Position numbers and translations under genes: made by a program. A DNA stretch of 64,000 nt from Polymyxa betae A26-41 (taxonomy: Eukaryota > Protista > Endomyxa: Phytomyxea). The DNA is taken from contig RBZT01000435.1 of NCBI GenBank assembly GCA_003693705.1, positions 265,816 through 329,815 of the forward strand. Direction: 5' to 3'. The notes below the pieces were generated by a model. The model was not told where the DNA came from and made no database searches. It saw nothing but the letters and a program-made list of their open reading frames with translations. Positions within the stretch are counted from its first letter, which is position 1; every line of letters starts with the position of its first letter. Shown piece by piece: positions 61,628-64,000 of this stretch.

Positions 61628-63362
61628 ATGAATCTTCTTCCCGCTCCATATTAATCAGGCGCAGCGCCTGACGTCGCGGCAGCGCCATCCACCGCTCCAG
61701 CAGGATATTGTTATAGCGCGGCGTCTCGAACAGTTTCGAGTACGACCGGCAGGCAGTCGGGAAGATTCGCTGCAGGTTGCCGCGATGCCGATACTCGGTC
61801 TCGGTCTCTCGCAGAATCGCCACGTCCGCCGCCGACAGGTTCAGCATGTTGAGGCGCTGCGGAGAGCGCGCCGGCTCCGTCGCTGCGGCCGAAGTCGCGG
61901 CCGGCGTCCGCCCATCGACCATCGGGACGCCGACAATATGGAAGACGTCGCTCATGAGCCGCGTCTTGATCAGCTTGTCGAGCGGCGACGATGACGACAG
62001 CGACGGCAGGATGTTGACCTCCAACAGCCACGGGCGCAGATTCGCATCGAGGAGGACGTCGACGCCGAACAGCTCGAAGCAGTTCGTGCGGCCAACCTTC
62101 AGCCGGGCGCATCGTTTCGCGACGCTCGCCTCGGCCACGATGACCGTCTTGACGACCAGGTCGTGGATGCGTTCGAAAACCGGCGCCGGGTCGACGCCGT
62201 GGTCGCGGAACCAGCGCGTCAGCGCCTTTACGCTCCACTTGCTGCCGGTCGCGTTCTGCGCGGCGTCCGCCGGCCGCACGAACTCGCTCGACGTCTTGTT
62301 CACGCTGTAATTCGTGAGATGCATGCGGCGGTGGGCCAGCGTCGTCCGGCTCATCTGGAAACGCTCCGTGGCGAACCGTACGAGCCCGTCGTCGTTGAGA
62401 TAGATTCGCAGCGGATCCATGCAGGTGACGACGCAGTACAGGCGCAGGTCGAATTTGAACCCGTCGATGAGGAAAGGGGCGCGCACGTACCGCGACACGA
62501 CGCATTTAGTGCGGCGGCCGATTCGCCCCGGACGCCGAACCAGCTTGATGCCTTTGCCGCAGCTCGAGCTGTACGGCTTCTGGATCCAGACGGCGTTGGG
62601 CGTCAGCGCCGCCGCCCGCTCCAACCCCGCCCGCTCGGCCGGCAGCACGAACGACAGCGGCACGAAGCCGAACTCGGCGGTGCCGTGCTGGACCCGGGCG
62701 CGTTTCATGGTCAGCGCCAGGCGATCTTTGCGGCCGATGCACCAGGTCCCCGGGAAATGGTTCAGCTTCTGCCACGGGCGGATCAGCGACGCGTACGCGA
62801 ACCCGGGCAGGTGACGGCCCCAGTACAGGTTCGCCCACGCAGTACGCGTCGTCGCTGTGAGACCGGCGGCGCGCAACGCGTTCACGACGGCGTTGTACTG
62901 CCAGACGCTGCCGGAGATCTTGTAGCGCATCACGAGGCCGGGCGGCGCCGTCGTCGCTGCCCCGGATCGCTGGGCGGGTACGACCCGAGGGTACGGGACG
63001 TGCAGAAAGCCGTCGGTGGTGGTGCGCAGGGGTCGGGTCGGCGACGGCCGCGCGTTGCTGCTGTCGCTGTCGTCGTCGTCGTCGGCGTCGGAGCTCGGCG
63101 CTGACAGAGCGGCCTCGTCGTCGTCGTCGCCGACATCACTGGAGTCCGGTTCGTGCAGCGATTCGCTGTCGTCGTCCAGCGGTTCGGATTCGCCGTCGTC
63201 GGCATGGAGGCCGCCGAGGTCGACGAGCGCGAGCTTGTCAAGGTCGTTGGCGACCGATCGCGTCTGGATCGAGTTCCGAGATGGTAGCAGGATCTGGTTC
63301 GGCGTCTTCGATCGACGATGATGGCGGAGGACGGCGGCCGGCACCGCAGGAATTGCCTCCAT
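61626..63362 (-). CDS. Tubulin polyglutamylase, TTLL4/TTLL5-like (intronless, GC-rich)
   Basis: QKLNHFPGTWCIGRKDRL, WIQKPYSSSCGKGI, PFLIDGFKFDLRLY, GLVRFAT, HLTNYSVNK, CFELFGVDVLLD, WLLEVNILPSL, EYRHRGNLQRIFP. Confidence 0.93.
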   Translation of the reverse strand: MEAIPAVPAAVLRHHRRSKTPNQILLPSRNSIQTRSVANDLDKLALVDLGGLHADDGESEPLDDDSESLHEPDSSDVGDDDDEAALSAPSSDADDDDDSDSSNARPSPTRPLRTTTDGFLHVPYPRVVPAQRSGAATTAPPGLVMRYKISGSVWQYNAVVNALRAAGLTATTRTAWANLYWGRHLPGFAYASLIRPWQKLNHFPGTWCIGRKDRLALTMKRARVQHGTAEFGFVPLSFVLPAERAGLERAAALTPNAVWIQKPYSSSCGKGIKLVRRPGRIGRRTKCVVSRYVRAPFLIDGFKFDLRLYCVVTCMDPLRIYLNDDGLVRFATERFQMSRTTLAHRRMHLTNYSVNKTSSEFVRPADAAQNATGSKWSVKALTRWFRDHGVDPAPVFERIHDLVVKTVIVAEASVAKRCARLKVGRTNCFELFGVDVLLDANLRPWLLEVNILPSLSSSSPLDKLIKTRLMSDVFHIVGVPMVDGRTPAATSAAATEPARSPQRLNMLNLSAADVAILRETETEYRHRGNLQRIFPTACRSYSKLFETPRYNNILLERWMALPRRQALRLINMEREEDS

Positions 63363-63761
63363 TCACGACGTATGAAGGTACCTCCGAGCGGGATCGTCAG
63401 ATTCCAGTACGAATCTGCAACCCCCTCCAGGGCATGTTTTTTGAATTTATCGAGAGAATATCTCCTGGAAACGGTTTTTGGCGCGCCATCGTATTGGTCA
63501 AAAGTTCGCCTTACCGTACCTGGATATGGTCAATACAGCCAATGACCCTGGTCTGGAATGGTATCAGGAGGATCGCCGGGACCATTCGTGCGCTGAAAAC
63601 GCAGGTGTGCCGGCTCTAACATGATCACAGATCATTGTTTTTTAGCGAGAAATTGCTGTTCTGGAGACTGTTTAGTTAACTTAGAGCAAGTGCACCGCGC
63701 ACAATTATCATTATCATTATCAATAAAGTAATGATGAATTTAATGATCGACCCTGCTACGT

Positions 63762-63815
63762 CTGCGACCGGTCGCAGTTTTAACTGCGTGCGCGACCTCC
63801 TATATAGGCGGTCGC
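63762..63815. repeat. Cluster of overlapping palindromes
   Basis: ctgcgaccggtcgcag; cgcagtt-tt-aactgcg; gcgacc-t-cctatatagg-c-ggtcgc. Confidence 0.85.
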
Positions 63816-64000
63816 ATACGTCTTAGATCTACGACCACAGTAATACTCGTATTCTTATAACTACATGTGTATTGAATAATTGAATATGATGGATGCCGCC
63901 ATTAAAATCCTAGGTCTCCCATCATTTCTTGCAAGTTTTTGTATTATGTCCTTGCTCCCCGCAGACAGAACATGTTTTCGCGGACCTTTTCCGTTTGGTT

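Noticed and set aside
61711-63321. Long overlapping and antisense ORFs over TTLL (also over YTM1, DDX47 and 40027-40947)
   Set aside because: Shadow ORFs caused by high GC and codon bias; Arg/Gly/Pro-rich with no motifs.
1-64000. Alternative genetic code or stop readthrough to explain fragmented ORFs
   Set aside because: Wherever checked (VPS8 5' end, actin, CARS, RPB10, CNB1, CMC1), canonical GT-AG introns restore the frame.

Overview
Gene-dense eukaryotic nuclear DNA. It uses the standard code and has about 35 protein-coding genes on both strands, mostly split by short (about 45-60 nt) GT-AG introns, with intergenic gaps often under 200 bp. Genes for flagellar/centriolar proteins (CEP41, a TTLL glutamylase, a CCDC177-like protein), the compact architecture and a TTTTAGGG-type motif suggest a zoosporic protist, possibly a plasmodiophorid (Phytomyxea, Rhizaria); this is inference only. 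Recognisable genes: VPS8, a RasGEF, MRPL20, actin, eIF2-alpha, YTM1/WDR12, cysteinyl-tRNA synthetase, a ZIP transporter, CEP41, an M14 ASTE/ASPA hydrolase, GPATCH11, CMC1, pICln, RPB10, a FYVE protein missed by the ORF track, calcineurin B, a PI-PLC X-domain protein, SPF45, DDX47/RRP3, a TPT-family transporter and TTLL4/5. Non-coding features: a 36.1-38.3 kb island with a Ty3/gypsy RT relic and two GC-rich structured segments, one enclosing a CTAACCCTAAC telomerase-template-like motif inside an 11-bp stem; a 7x58-bp minisatellite; a 40-bp promoter repeat; two palindrome/foldback clusters; and telomere-like repeats next to an A-tract after the intronless TTLL gene. Exon boundaries were read by eye and multi-exon coordinates are gene spans. 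Family calls come from motif recognition, not database searches.
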